A stretch of 63,999 nucleotides of DNA, the filler included, from an uncultured bacterium (lineage in GTDB: Bacteria; DAOPZR01), in NCBI GenBank assembly GCA_964637655.1. It is 17 parts of 17 records of this genome, joined end to end, with 100 filler letters (N's around TTAATTAATTAA, not from the genome) between each part and the next. Parts side by side here need not be neighbours in the genome. Positions count along the whole stretch, not along the records: positions 38,531 to 42,190 come from CAZWUZ010000338.1; positions 42,291 to 45,934 come from CAZWUZ010000339.1; positions 46,035 to 49,631 come from CAZWUZ010000340.1; positions 49,732 to 53,283 come from CAZWUZ010000342.1; 13 more parts are not named here. One strand, written 5' to 3'. Within the stretch, counting starts at the first letter, position 1. Every line of letters starts with the position of its first letter. Position numbers and translations under genes: made by a program. Of this stretch, positions 40,454 through 50,626 are shown one piece after another. The notes below the pieces were generated by a model. The model saw only the letters and a program-made list of their open reading frames with translations. It did not search any database and was not told where the DNA came from.

Positions 40454-41211
40454 CAGGGCATCAGGCGCCAGGCGAGTTTGTCGTCGAGTTCGGGGAGGCG
40501 CATGATCTTGTCCATGGTCGTGCCGACCTCGTAGGCGACGCGGCGGAAATGCAGCACCGGCCCGTCCACCTCGACATAGCAGGCGCGCCAATTGCCGTCG
40601 CGCGGCTGTCCGACGCTCCCGTCATTGACAATGACCTGGTCGATATCAGGGGTGAGGGTGAAAGACACTTCGCCGCGCATGCGCAGGAATTCGACCGCCT
40701 CGCCGCGGCGGGTAAACAGCGCGGGATGATGCGTGTGCCCGCAGAAACAGAGACGCACCCCCCGCATCTCCGGCATGGCGAAGACCGCGCGCGCCGCCAC
40801 GGCATCGACGGTGTAGATGCAGTTGCTCTGCGGCGTGCCGTGGCAGAACAATATGTCGCCTTCACGGTGCGTGCGCGGCAGCGTGCGCAGGCAGTCGAGG
40901 CGGTGCCCGCCGCGGTAGAAGGTGCGCAGTGACGGGCTGAGCTGGTCGCGCGTCCACTCGATGGCGCGGCGCGCGGCAGGATTGAAGGTGAACTGCAGCG
41001 GCTCGTTCCAGACCGCTTCGTCATGGTTGCCGAGTACGCAGGCGGAAAACGCGGTGGCCAGGTCGATGACGGCCGCCGGGTCGGGCCCGTAGCCGACGAG
41101 GTCACCGAGGCAGTAGATCGTGCGGATGCCGCGCTCGCCGATATCGGCCAGCACCGCGGTCAGCGCTTCCAGGTTGCCATGAATGTCGGAAAGAACCGCG
41201 TAATGCTCCAT
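40453..41211 (-). CDS. Calcineurin-like metallophosphoesterase
   Basis: SDIHGN, LGDLVGYG, GNHD, CHGTP, GHTH, GSVGQPRDG. Confidence 0.92.
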   Translation of the reverse strand: MEHYAVLSDIHGNLEALTAVLADIGERGIRTIYCLGDLVGYGPDPAAVIDLATAFSACVLGNHDEAVWNEPLQFTFNPAARRAIEWTRDQLSPSLRTFYRGGHRLDCLRTLPRTHREGDILFCHGTPQSNCIYTVDAVAARAVFAMPEMRGVRLCFCGHTHHPALFTRRGEAVEFLRMRGEVSFTLTPDIDQVIVNDGSVGQPRDGNWRACYVEVDGPVLHFRRVAYEVGTTMDKIMRLPELDDKLAWRLMP

Positions 41212-41352
41212 GCGGTACTTATACCATCCGTCGCGCGGCCGGTAAAGCGGTTTTCTGCTATGATGCAACCCGCTGGCCGGCGGAATAATGCACCGGCCGG
41301 TAACCTCTTCCCTGCGACTGCGTCTACGGGGCGGAGGGAAAGGAGGAACGGC

Positions 41353-41988
41353 ATGATAGCCATACTGCTGAACCTGCTGGAAGAGCAGGAATGTCATACC
41401 GTACCGCTGCCGCACGCTGACAGTGCACTGTCGGCTGCTGAGGCGGGCGGATTCCGCGCGGGTGATGAGCAGGCGACGGAAAAGGTGTTCAACGTGATGT
41501 GGCCACGGCTGTATCGCGCCGCGTACCGGCTGCTGCTCGACCGGGACGAGGCGGAGGAGGCGGCGCAGCACGGGTTCGTGCGCGCCTACCATGCGCGGGC
41601 GGATTTTCGCGGCACGGAGGGTGGGCAACTCGCGCTCTGGCTGCTCACCGCGGTCAGGCGCAACGCGCTCGACCGGTTGCGGACGAAAAAGCGGTTCGCA
41701 CCGCTGGCGGATGACCTCGCTTCTGAGGCGGACGGGCCGCAGGCGCTGGCGGAGCAGCAGGAGACCTGCCGGCAGGTGCGCGCAGCCATGGCGCGGCTGG
41801 AGACGGGCGACCGCGCGGTGCTGGTGCTGTTCGAGGTGGAGCAGTTGCCGCAGGCGGAGATTGCCGCGGATATGGGGATTACGGTCAATGCGCTCAAGGT
41901 GCGGCTGCACCGGGCGCGGCGCCGCTTTCGCGAGGCGTACCTGCGCCTCGGCGGCGAAGTGACGGAAGGAGGCAACGACAATGGCTGA
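41353..41988 (+). CDS. ECF RNA polymerase sigma factor
   Basis: EAEEAAQ..FVRAY, WLLT..RRNALD; region 4 EIAADMGITVNALKVRLHRAR. Confidence 0.9.
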   Translation: MIAILLNLLEEQECHTVPLPHADSALSAAEAGGFRAGDEQATEKVFNVMWPRLYRAAYRLLLDRDEAEEAAQHGFVRAYHARADFRGTEGGQLALWLLTAVRRNALDRLRTKKRFAPLADDLASEADGPQALAEQQETCRQVRAAMARLETGDRAVLVLFEVEQLPQAEIAADMGITVNALKVRLHRARRRFREAYLRLGGEVTEGGNDNG

Positions 41989-42190
41989 ACCTATCTGCGC
42001 GCGGGCGGCGATGCTCGAGCAGGGGTTGTGGGACAAGACGCTGACGGAGGCGCAACTGGCGGAACTGAAGGTGCATGCGCAGGAGTGTGCGGAATGCGCA
42101 AAGGTGCTGGCAGGCGTGGCACAGGCGCAGCAGGGGCTGCAGGCGTGGCGCGAGGAGGCGATGTCCGCGCCGTCGACCGCGGCGGCCTGG
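41981..42190 (+). CDS. Zinc-finger (HxxxCxxC) anti-sigma factor (truncated)
   Basis: HAQECAEC directly downstream of the ECF sigma gene. Confidence 0.8.
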
Positions 42191-42290
42191 NNNNNNNNNN
42201 NNNNNNNNNNNNNNNNNNNNNNNNNNNNNNNNNNTTAATTAATTAANNNNNNNNNNNNNNNNNNNNNNNNNNNNNNNNNNNNNNNNNNNN

Positions 42291-43053
42291 AGGCGCGGCG
42301 CACGGGCGCGATGCCGAAATGCCCGATGTCGGCATACAGCGCCTCGCAGCCGGTTACGGTGAGGAAGACGGCGCCGAGCACGGAAAAACTCTGCCAGCCG
42401 TTGCTGAACAGAAAGCGCAGTCCGTGCAGCGGGTTGAGCGCGGCCAGCACGGACAGGTTGCCCAGCAAATGCCATACCCCGAGTCCGGCGAGCACGGTGA
42501 ACCACAGGAGCATGACCGGCCCGAACAGTTTGGCGACGCCCGCCGTGCCGCGTTTCTGGAAAAGGAAGAGGGCGAGCAGGATGCCCACGGTCAGCGGCAC
42601 AACGGCGGGGCGCAGCGCGGGGACCGCGACTTCGAGCCCCTCGACGGCGCTGAGCACGGAGATGGCGGGAGTGATGACCCCGTCACCGTAGAGCAGCGCC
42701 GCCCCGAAAATGACGACGCCCGCCACCCAGCCGCCGACCTTGCGCCCCGCTGCCGCCTCGCGCAGCAGCCCGAGCAGGGCGAGAATCCCCCCTTCGCCGT
42801 GGTTGCTGGCGCGCAGAATGAAAATGACGTACTTGATGGTGACCACGAAGAAGAGCGCCCAGACGATGAGCGACAGCACCCCGAGCACGCTGGCGGGGGT
42901 GATGGCGGTGGCATGGGCGCCGGTAACGCTTTCGCGGAAGGCATAGAGTGGACTGGTCCCGATATCGCCGAAGACGACGCCCAGCGCCACCAGTACCAGG
43001 CCGGCTTTCGCCGGATGGGCCGGTTGCCCGGCCGTGGTTACCGCAGATTCCAA
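42291..43053 (-). CDS. kup: KUP/HAK/KT potassium transporter (3' truncated)
   Basis: ALGVVFGDIGTSPLYA, GEGGILAL, YGDGVITPAISVLSAVEG, TGCEALYAD; TTG start after AGGAGG. Confidence 0.93.
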
Positions 43054-43244
43054 CGTGTGCTGCCTCCTGGGCCAGGCGCCTGCGCAACGCAGTACGGCTG
43101 ACCGCATTAGTATGCGGGAAACAACTGTTCCCGACGAATGTCAGTGCGGCTGGCTGAATGCAGCCACGGGTCAAACCTCGCGCTGGTGAACCGACTGCCG
43201 GCAGCACGCATGCTCCGCCGGAGGCACCGCAACGCGGAATGGAT

Positions 43245-43355
43245 ACCGCAACTGACGGGGTGGGAGGGCCAAATCCCCCCCCTGCCGCGGCTGCGGCATT
43301 CCCCCCCTGCTGCCCGGGGCCCCCGCTCCCGCCCGGCGGCGGGATTCGGCGATTG
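43245..43355 (-). ncRNA. c-di-AMP (ydaO/yuaA)-like riboswitch in the kup leader
   Basis: Minus strand CGCCGAATCCC..GGGAGCGGGGGCCCCG..GGGGGGAAT..AGGG..CCCCGTCAGT follows the order of the ydaO consensus blocks; it sits downstream of a strong promoter. Confidence 0.65.
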
Positions 43356-43361
43356 CTGCGA

Positions 43362-43424
43362 ATCCTATACCTCCCGCCGGCACTTGTCAAGCGCGTTGAC
43401 AGTTCCGCGGCCCTGAAGTATTAT
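43362..43424. promoter_or_regulatory. Back-to-back divergent sigma70 promoters (kup on minus strand; paaK on plus strand)
   Basis: Minus strand TTGACA-N17-TAGGAT; plus strand TTGACA(43396)-N17-TATTAT(43419). Confidence 0.7.
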
Positions 43425-43430
43425 TCGTGC

Positions 43431-44741
43431 ATGGCCATGCTCCACCCGCAGCAGGAAACCCTGCCGCGCCCCGAACTCGAACAGTTGCAGGCCGAGCGCC
43501 TGCAGGTGACGCTGAACCGCGTGCAGCGCAGCGTGCCGTTCTACCGGCAGCAGTTTGCCGCGGCCAACGTCGACCCCGACCGCATCCGCACGGTGGCCGA
43601 CCTGCGCCGCCTCCCGTTCACCACCAAGGAGGACCTGCGCGCCGCCTACCCCTACGCGATGTTCGCGGTGCCGCTGCGCGACATCGTGCGCCTGCACTCG
43701 ACCTCGGGGACGACGGGGAGCCCGGTGGTGGTCGGCTACACGCGCAACGACGTGCGCACCTGGTCGGAGCTGAACGCGCGACTGCTCGTCGCGGCCGGCC
43801 TGACCGACCATGACATCGCGCATATCGCCTTCACCTACGGGTTGTTCACCGGGGGACTCGGCTTCCACTACGGGGCTGAGCGGGTCGGCGCCTCGGTCAT
43901 CCCGGCCTCGGCCATCGACAACCTCGTCAAGCAGCTGACCATCATGCGCGACTACAAGGCGACCGCGCTGCTCTGCACCCCGAACTACGCGGTGCAGCTG
44001 GCGCGCGCGCTGCAGGAACTCGGCTGGCACCCCGAAACGCTGGCGCTGCGGCGCGGCATCTTCGGCGCGGAGCCGTGGAGCGACAGCCTGCGCACCCGCC
44101 TGCAGGAGGAGTTGCACCTCGAAGCGTTCGACACCTACGGCCTGAGTGAGATCTGCGGGCCCGGGGTGGCGGGCGAATGCACCGCGCATGACGGGCTGCA
44201 CATCAACGAGGACCATTTCCTGGTCGAGGTGATCGACCCGGCGACGGGCGACCCGCTGCCGGACGGCAGTTCCGGCGAACTGGTCTTCACCACGCTGACC
44301 AAGGAGGGGTTCCCGGTCATCCGCTACCGCACCGGCGACATCGCCGCGCTGCTTGACGGGCCCTGCCCGTGCGGGCGCACGCTGCGGCGCATGACCCGCG
44401 TCTCGGGGCGCACCGACGACCTGATCTTTTTCCGCGAGCAGAAAATTTTCCCGTCGCAGATCGAGCAGGTGCTGCTGGCGGTCGAGGGGGCACCCCCGCT
44501 CTTCCAGGTGGTGCTCGACACGCTGGACGGGGCCGACACGTTTGAGGTGCACGTCGCCATCCCCGCGACGCTGGCGGACAGCGACGAGATGCGCGGACTC
44601 GAGGAGTTCCGGCAGCGGGTCGCGCGCGCGCTGCAGCGCGAACTGGAACTGGCGGCGAAGGTGGTCCTGGTCGAGCCCAAGTCGCTCGTCCCCGCGGACG
44701 GCGGCAAGATGCGCCGCGTGCGCGACAACCGTCCGCACTGA
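43431..44741 (+). CDS. paaK: Phenylacetate--CoA ligase
   Basis: LPFTTKEDLR, HSTSGTTG, YGLFTGGLGFHYGAE, DTYGLSE, RYRTGD, GRTDD. Confidence 0.88.
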   Translation: MAMLHPQQETLPRPELEQLQAERLQVTLNRVQRSVPFYRQQFAAANVDPDRIRTVADLRRLPFTTKEDLRAAYPYAMFAVPLRDIVRLHSTSGTTGSPVVVGYTRNDVRTWSELNARLLVAAGLTDHDIAHIAFTYGLFTGGLGFHYGAERVGASVIPASAIDNLVKQLTIMRDYKATALLCTPNYAVQLARALQELGWHPETLALRRGIFGAEPWSDSLRTRLQEELHLEAFDTYGLSEICGPGVAGECTAHDGLHINEDHFLVEVIDPATGDPLPDGSSGELVFTTLTKEGFPVIRYRTGDIAALLDGPCPCGRTLRRMTRVSGRTDDLIFFREQKIFPSQIEQVLLAVEGAPPLFQVVLDTLDGADTFEVHVAIPATLADSDEMRGLEEFRQRVARALQRELELAAKVVLVEPKSLVPADGGKMRRVRDNRPH

Positions 44742-44811
44742 TTTTCCGCTTGCAATTCAGCTGTGCGCATGCTATAAGTGTTCGTCGTTTTACTCACAGG
44801 AGAGGTGTGTT

Positions 44812-45934
44812 ATGAAACTGGGCTGGCGGTTCGGGCTGATCGCCCTGGTGCTGGGCGTGGCGGTCTACTACTGGGTGGTCAACGGGGTAACCCTCGGGCT
44901 TGACCTCAAGGGGGGCACCTACCTGTCGCTCGAAGTCGACCTCGAGCAGCTGCGCCTGCTGTCGCCGGGCGCCAACGAGGATGACGCGGTCAACCGCGCG
45001 CTGGAGATCATCCGCGCGCGCGTCGACGAGTTCGGCGTGGCGGAGCCGCTCATCGCGCGCGAGGGGGCGAACCGCATCATCGTGCAGCTCCCCGGCATGC
45101 GCAATGTCGAGACCGCCAAGCAGCTCATCCGCGACGCGGCCACGCTCGAGTTCCGGCTGGTCAGCGAGGATATCCAGCCGCGCGCCGACGGCACCGTGCC
45201 GGCCGGCTACGAGGTGCTGTACATGCAGCGCCCGACGCCTGACGGCCGCGGCTACGAGCGGGGCGAGGCGGTGGTGGTGCGCAGCACGCCGGAACTGACC
45301 GGCGAGCACCTGACCCGCGCGCGGGCGCGGCGCGACGACCAGAGTTTGGGCGGCGGGCGCTGGGCCATCGACATCGAGTTCGACGAGGAGGGCGCGGAAA
45401 AGTTCCGCGATGTCACCACCGCCAACATCCGCCGCCGGCTGGCCATCGTGCTCGACGGCAAGGTCATGTCGGCCCCGGTCATCAACGAACCGATCACCCA
45501 GGGGCGGGCGCAGATCACCGGCGGCTTCACGTCGGATGACGCCCACCGCCTGCGCATCATCCTCGAGTCGGGCTCGCTCCCCGCGCCGGTCAAGATCGTC
45601 GAGGAGCGCACCATCGGCCCGACGCTCGGCGCCGACTCGATCCGCCGCGGCGTCTATGCCGCCGCGGTCGGCCTGGCGATCATCGCCCTCTTCATGATCA
45701 TCTACTACCGCTTCGGCGGGTTCGTTGCCGACCTGGCGGTGCTGCTCAACCTGGTCATCCTGCTGGGCGGCATGGCGATGCTCGGCGGCACGCTGACCCT
45801 GCCGGGGATCGCCGGCATCATCCTCACCATCGGCATGGCGGTGGACGCCAACGTGCTGATCTTCGAGCGCATGCGCGAGGAGTTGCGCGCGAACAAGACG
45901 GTGCGGGCCGCGGTCGAGGCGGGCTACGCCAAGG
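44812..45934 (+). CDS. secD: Protein translocase subunit SecD, N-terminal part
   Basis: LGLDLKGG, RVDEFGVAEP, IIVQLPG, GSLPAP, IGPTLG, LTLPGIAG..IGMAVDANVLIFER. Confidence 0.95.
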
Positions 45935-46034
45935 NNNNNNNNNNNNNNNNNNNNNNNNNNNNNNNNNNNNNNNNNNNNTTAATTAATTAANNNNNNNNNN
46001 NNNNNNNNNNNNNNNNNNNNNNNNNNNNNNNNNN

Positions 46035-46893
46035 ACTGGGTGATAACCGAGCAGCGGTCACTTTCGGTGCGCGTCAGTTCCTTGATGGGGACGAGTATGG
46101 GCTGGGCCACGGGTGCGTCCCCCTTGAGCAGATTGGCGATGTAGCGTCCCTGCGGCGAATTGTCGGTGATCTTGACGTAAATCTTGTCGCCGATGCGCAG
46201 TTCGCGCACCGGGCGCCCGCTGATGGGGGAGAGGATGATGTCGGTCTTGAGGACGAGGATCTTTTCCGTCGCCTCCGCCGGTTTCTCCCCCTCCGCCGTG
46301 CCGGCTTCTCCCGCCGCATCCGCCGCCGGTGCCTGCGCCTGCTGCAGCTGCTTCTCCAGTTTTTCGAACTTGACCCGGCTCAGTTTCTCGACATTGACCA
46401 GCAGGTCGAGCTCGCGGTCCGCCATTTCCGCGGAGAGGATGAGGCGGAGGATCTCGATGATCGCCGGCAGTTCGCCGTTGACCATCGCCGCGACCAGCCG
46501 CTTGAGCGTGTCGAACTTGAGTTTTTCCTTGCAGCGGTCGTTGACATCCTTGGTGAGGCCGGGAATGGTCTTGATGCGGAACTCGGTATTGTAGATAAAA
46601 TCCTCGAATTCCATGACCGGCTGGTTGAGGTCGGTGTTGTAGAGCCACTGTTCGTGGGTGAGCACGGCGTGCAGGCGGAGCACGCTCTCCTTCTCGCCGT
46701 CGATAAAGACAAAGAACAGCCCGCAGACCCTGCGCAGTTCACTGCGGAACTTCGCCTTGAGGCCGAAGATCGAGCGCCGCAGCAGGGCGAGCGCCTGCTC
46801 ATGGTTGCCCTGCGCCGCGAGCAGGGCGGCCTGCGCCTCGCTCTCGGTACACTGCATCCGGGTAATCAGGTCAGCAACGACATCGCCGTCCAT
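46035..46893 (-). CDS. Hypothetical protein with a UBA-like N-terminus (DUF4899-like; 3' truncated)
   Basis: CTESEAQAALLAAQGNHEQALALL; ILSPISGRPVRELRIGDKIYVKI. Confidence 0.5.
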
Positions 46894-46904
46894 CCGTCAC
46901 CCCG

Positions 46905-47231
46905 TCACGTTTTCAGCATCCGGGACACCGCGCGCGCCGCTTCCTGCGCCGAGATCTCCGGTTCCTGCGCTTCCTGTTTCGCCTCGTCGGCCATCGCCGC
47001 GGTCAGCGGCTGTTCCGCGAGGTCAATGACCGCCGCCGGCTGCGTCAGCCGCCGCGCCTGCGTCAGCAGTGCGCGCGCCAGCACCGTCAGCAGCCAGGCA
47101 GCGGCCGCGCCCAGCAGCGCGCGCACCAGCGCCTGCGGCGCCTCGCAGCGCGCGACCACGGCCGCGGTCAGGCCGCAGGCAAGTCCGACCGCCAGCGCCA
47201 GCAGCAACGGGTACTCCGCCCCTCGTTTCAT
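46905..47231 (-). CDS. Small two-TM hypothetical protein
   Basis: Two hydrophobic segments; C-terminal EAARAVSRML. Confidence 0.5.
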   Translation of the reverse strand: MKRGAEYPLLLALAVGLACGLTAAVVARCEAPQALVRALLGAAAAWLLTVLARALLTQARRLTQPAAVIDLAEQPLTAAMADEAKQEAQEPEISAQEAARAVSRMLKT

Positions 47232-47279
47232 AACACCGTTCGAGTATACCACATCGGCGTCATGGCAACAACTCCCCGG

Positions 47280-48659
47280 CTACCAGCGCGGCAGGTCGCG
47301 GCAGAGGCCGCGGACCAGTTTCTGCGGGCAGAGCAGGTCGAGGTGCCCGGAGACCTCCTGCCCGGTCGCCACGTAGAGCGCGGGCACCCCGGTCCGCCGC
47401 AGCAGCCCGTACATGTTCCCCAGGCTCGACGTCTGGTCGAGCTTGGTGAAGACGAAATGGTCATAGCGCACGGCGCGGTAGGATTCCGCCGCCCGCTGCA
47501 GGTCGCGCGCCTTGCCGGTGGCGCTCATCACCAGCAGGCGGGTCTGCGTGATGCCGTCGAGCGCATCGAGCGCGAGGCGCAGTTCGGCAAGACGCTCCGC
47601 CTCCTTCGGCGGGCAGCCGGCGGTATCGATAATCACCACGTCGTGCGCGCGCAGGTCCTGCCATGCCGCCGCCAGCGAGCCCGTCGTCACCGGCACATAG
47701 GGAATGCGCAGCGCCTCGCTGCCGCGGCGCAGTTTCGCCCCGCCCCCCCAGCCCCCGGCGTCATGGTCGATGATGGCGACCTCCTTGAACCCGTTGACCC
47801 GGAAGCGCGCGGCGAGTTTGACCGCGGTCGTCGTCTTCCCCTCGCCCGGCGGCCCGATAAGCACCAGCGCGCAGCAGGCGCGCGCCAGGGGTTCCGCCGC
47901 GCGCAGTCCGCGCAATCCCTGTTCGAGCACCTCGCGCAGGCGGGTGCGGACCAGTTCGCAGTCATGCTGCTGTCCGGTCGGCAGCGTGCCGTGCAGGGCG
48001 TGACAGATCTCCCGGGCCAGGTGCGGGGTGACATCCTGCTCCGCGAGGAACGCCAGCAGGCGTTCCGTCAGTTCCATCTGCCCGGCCGCCGGGGCCACCG
48101 GCGCCGCCGCGCTGCGTTCGGCCATCGGGCCGGCCGGCCGGGGCGGGGCGGCCACCGGAAGCGGCGGCGGTTCCGTCGGCGCCACCGTCCCGGGAATGAT
48201 CCCCGTCTGCGCCTTCGCCCCGGCGGGACGGCCTCCGGCCCCGTAGGTGATGCTGCGGGTCGGCGGCGGTTCCACCCCGGCCACCGGCGGCAGCACCCGG
48301 TCGTCGGCAATCAGGTCGATCACCCGCTGGTCGGGGCGCGTGACCACCGGCTGCTTCGGGGCGAACGCCTGTCCCGGCTGCCGCCGGCGCAGCATCTCCG
48401 TCAGCTGCTGCCGCGCCGCCCCGTGCGCCGCGGTGCGGTCAGCCGGCGGAGCCGGGACCGGCGCGGCGGGCGTTTCCTCCCCGCTGAGCGGCAGTTCCGG
48501 CTCGGGCGCGCGCACCGCCCGCGTCCGCCGGACAATCACCTCGTAGCCCGCGTTGCCGGGGAGGCGGCGCTGCTGGGCGATCTCCGCGTCCGGCCCGAGT
48601 TCCTCTTTGACCTGCCGCAGGATCCCCTGCATATCCTCACCCTGGTACGTTTTCACCAT
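47280..48659 (-). CDS. flhF: Flagellar SRP-type GTPase FlhF
   Basis: MVKTY..M..ILRQVKEELGPDA; GPPGEGKTTT, DTAG, TKLD, TGQEV; follows flhA. Confidence 0.88.
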   Translation of the reverse strand: MVKTYQGEDMQGILRQVKEELGPDAEIAQQRRLPGNAGYEVIVRRTRAVRAPEPELPLSGEETPAAPVPAPPADRTAAHGAARQQLTEMLRRRQPGQAFAPKQPVVTRPDQRVIDLIADDRVLPPVAGVEPPPTRSITYGAGGRPAGAKAQTGIIPGTVAPTEPPPLPVAAPPRPAGPMAERSAAAPVAPAAGQMELTERLLAFLAEQDVTPHLAREICHALHGTLPTGQQHDCELVRTRLREVLEQGLRGLRAAEPLARACCALVLIGPPGEGKTTTAVKLAARFRVNGFKEVAIIDHDAGGWGGGAKLRRGSEALRIPYVPVTTGSLAAAWQDLRAHDVVIIDTAGCPPKEAERLAELRLALDALDGITQTRLLVMSATGKARDLQRAAESYRAVRYDHFVFTKLDQTSSLGNMYGLLRRTGVPALYVATGQEVSGHLDLLCPQKLVRGLCRDLPRW

Positions 48660-48660
48660 G

Positions 48661-49631
48661 TCACACCTCGGCGTCGATCATGCCCTGTGACTCGATGCTG
48701 ATGTTCACCGGGAGAATTTCCTCATAGGCCAGCACGGCCGGGCACGGGCGGCGGCGTTCCAGCAGCCGCCGCACCGGGACGCGCAGTTTGGACTGGACCA
48801 TCACCGTCGGCTGCCCGCCGCTCCCCGCCGCCCCGTCAAGCGTCTGCTGCAGCGCCTCGAGCACCTTCTGCGCCTTGTCCGGCGGCAGGCGCAGGTCGCC
48901 GTCGCGCAGCCCGGCGAGCAGCGCCTGCTCGACCCGCGGCGAGAAGGTCAGCACCTTGAGCGCCCCGTTGTCCGCCACATGCTGCGCGCAGAGCTGCGGG
49001 GCGAGCGCGAGGCGCACGCACTCGGTCAGCCACTGCGGGTCGCTGCTGACGGGGAACTGCGCGCAGATCACCTCGATGATCGTCACGAGGTTGCGGATGG
49101 AGACCTTCTCCTTGAGCAGCAGGCGCAGCACCTGCAGCAGGGTCATCGGCGGCACCTTCTGCACGGTCAGCAGTTCGTCGACCACCGCCGGGAAATCCTG
49201 CTTGAGATGGTCGAGCAGTTCGCGCACGTCCTGCAGGGTGATGAGCTCGTGCGCGTGCAGCTTGATCACCTCGGTGAGGTGGGTGGCGATGATGGTCGGC
49301 GGATCGACGACGGAATAGCCCGCCTGCTCGGCGGCGTCGCGCTGCTCGGGATTCAGCCAGACCCCGGGAATGCCGAAGGCCGGGTCGCGCGCCGGCTCCC
49401 CGCGCAGCGGCTGCGTCACCTGCCCCGTCTCGAGGGCGAGGAACTTGCCGGCGCGCAGCGCACTCCCCGCCACCTCGACGTTGTTGACCTTGATCTGGTA
49501 GTTCTCGGGGGCGAGCTTGATGTTGTCGCGCATGCGCACCGCCGGGACGATGATGCCGTAGTCGAGCGCGCACTGGCGGCGCAGCAGGACGATGCGGTCG
49601 AGCAGATCCCCCCCCTCCTGCGGGTTGACCA
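48661..49631 (-). CDS. flhA: FlhA C-terminal cytoplasmic domain
   Basis: GIIVPAVRMRDN, DPAFGIPGVW, GYSVVDPPTIIATHLTE, LLKEKVSIRNL, VLAYEEI. Confidence 0.93.
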
Positions 49632-49731
49632 NNNNNNNNNNNNNNNNNNNNNNNNNNNNNNNNNNNNNNNNNNNNTTAATTAATTAANNNNNNNNNNNNN
49701 NNNNNNNNNNNNNNNNNNNNNNNNNNNNNNN

Positions 49732-50151
49732 CCCGACCTGCCGCCGGAGGAGGCGGCCCCGCTGCGCGCGGCGCTTGCCCCGCACGGCATCGCCACCATC
49801 GTCATGCTGACCCCGACGACGCCGCCGGCGCGCGCGGCCCGCCTTGTCGCGGGGGCCGGCGGGTTCATCTACTACGTGGCGGTGGCGGGCGTCACCGGCG
49901 CCCGCCGCGCGCTGCGCGGCGAATTGCGGGACGAGGTGGCGGCGGCGCGCGCGCACGGCCTGCCGGTCTGTGTCGGCTTCGGGGTCTCACGTCCGGAACA
50001 TGTGGCGGCCCTGTCGGCCTTCGCCGACGGGATTATCGTCGGCAGCGCGCTGCTGCAGCGGCTGGATGGCGGGACGGACCGCGCGGCAAAACTCGCCGCC
50101 GCCCGCGACTACTGCGCTGCGCTGGCCGCGGCCCGGGGGGAACTTGACTGA
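49732..50151 (+). CDS. trpA: Tryptophan synthase alpha chain (5' partial)
   Basis: PDLPPEE, GFIYYVAVAGVTG, PVCVGFGV, ADGIIVGSA. Confidence 0.92.
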   Translation, partial: PDLPPEEAAPLRAALAPHGIATIVMLTPTTPPARAARLVAGAGGFIYYVAVAGVTGARRALRGELRDEVAAARAHGLPVCVGFGVSRPEHVAALSAFADGIIVGSALLQRLDGGTDRAAKLAAARDYCAALAAARGELD

Positions 50152-50525
50152 TGCAGGACCATGTGACGACGGTGGCGGAACTCAAGCATCTGGTGGGCGA
50201 TTTCATCCGCGAGCGCGAATGGGAACGCTACCATTCACCCAAGAACCTGGCGATGTCCATTGCCATCGAGGCGGCGGAAGTGCTCGAACTCTGCCAGTGG
50301 CTCGACCCGGAGGAGGCGCAGCAGAAGGCGATGCATGATCCGGCCTTCCGCCAGCAGCTGCAGGAGGAACTGGCGGATGTGACCGCCTACATCCTCTCGC
50401 TCTGCCGGCAGACGGACATCGACCTGGCGGCGGCACTCGAGGCGAAAATGGTCAAGAACCGGGCCAAGTATCCCGCGGCGCAGGTGCGCGGGGTCGACTA
50501 TCGCAAGCCCGGCAGCGCGGACTGA
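50151..50525 (+). CDS. MazG-like dCTP pyrophosphatase
   Basis: REWERYHSPKNLAMSIAIEAAEVLE..EELADV..KMVKNRAKYP. Confidence 0.9.
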   Translation: MQDHVTTVAELKHLVGDFIREREWERYHSPKNLAMSIAIEAAEVLELCQWLDPEEAQQKAMHDPAFRQQLQEELADVTAYILSLCRQTDIDLAAALEAKMVKNRAKYPAAQVRGVDYRKPGSAD

Positions 50526-50626
50526 CGCAGCCCGTTTGACACAGATACAATAATCATATACCATCGCCTTACTAAATTGACTACGGGGGAGGGGAGGGCA
50601 GGTGTCTGCCTTCCCCTTTGTGCTTG

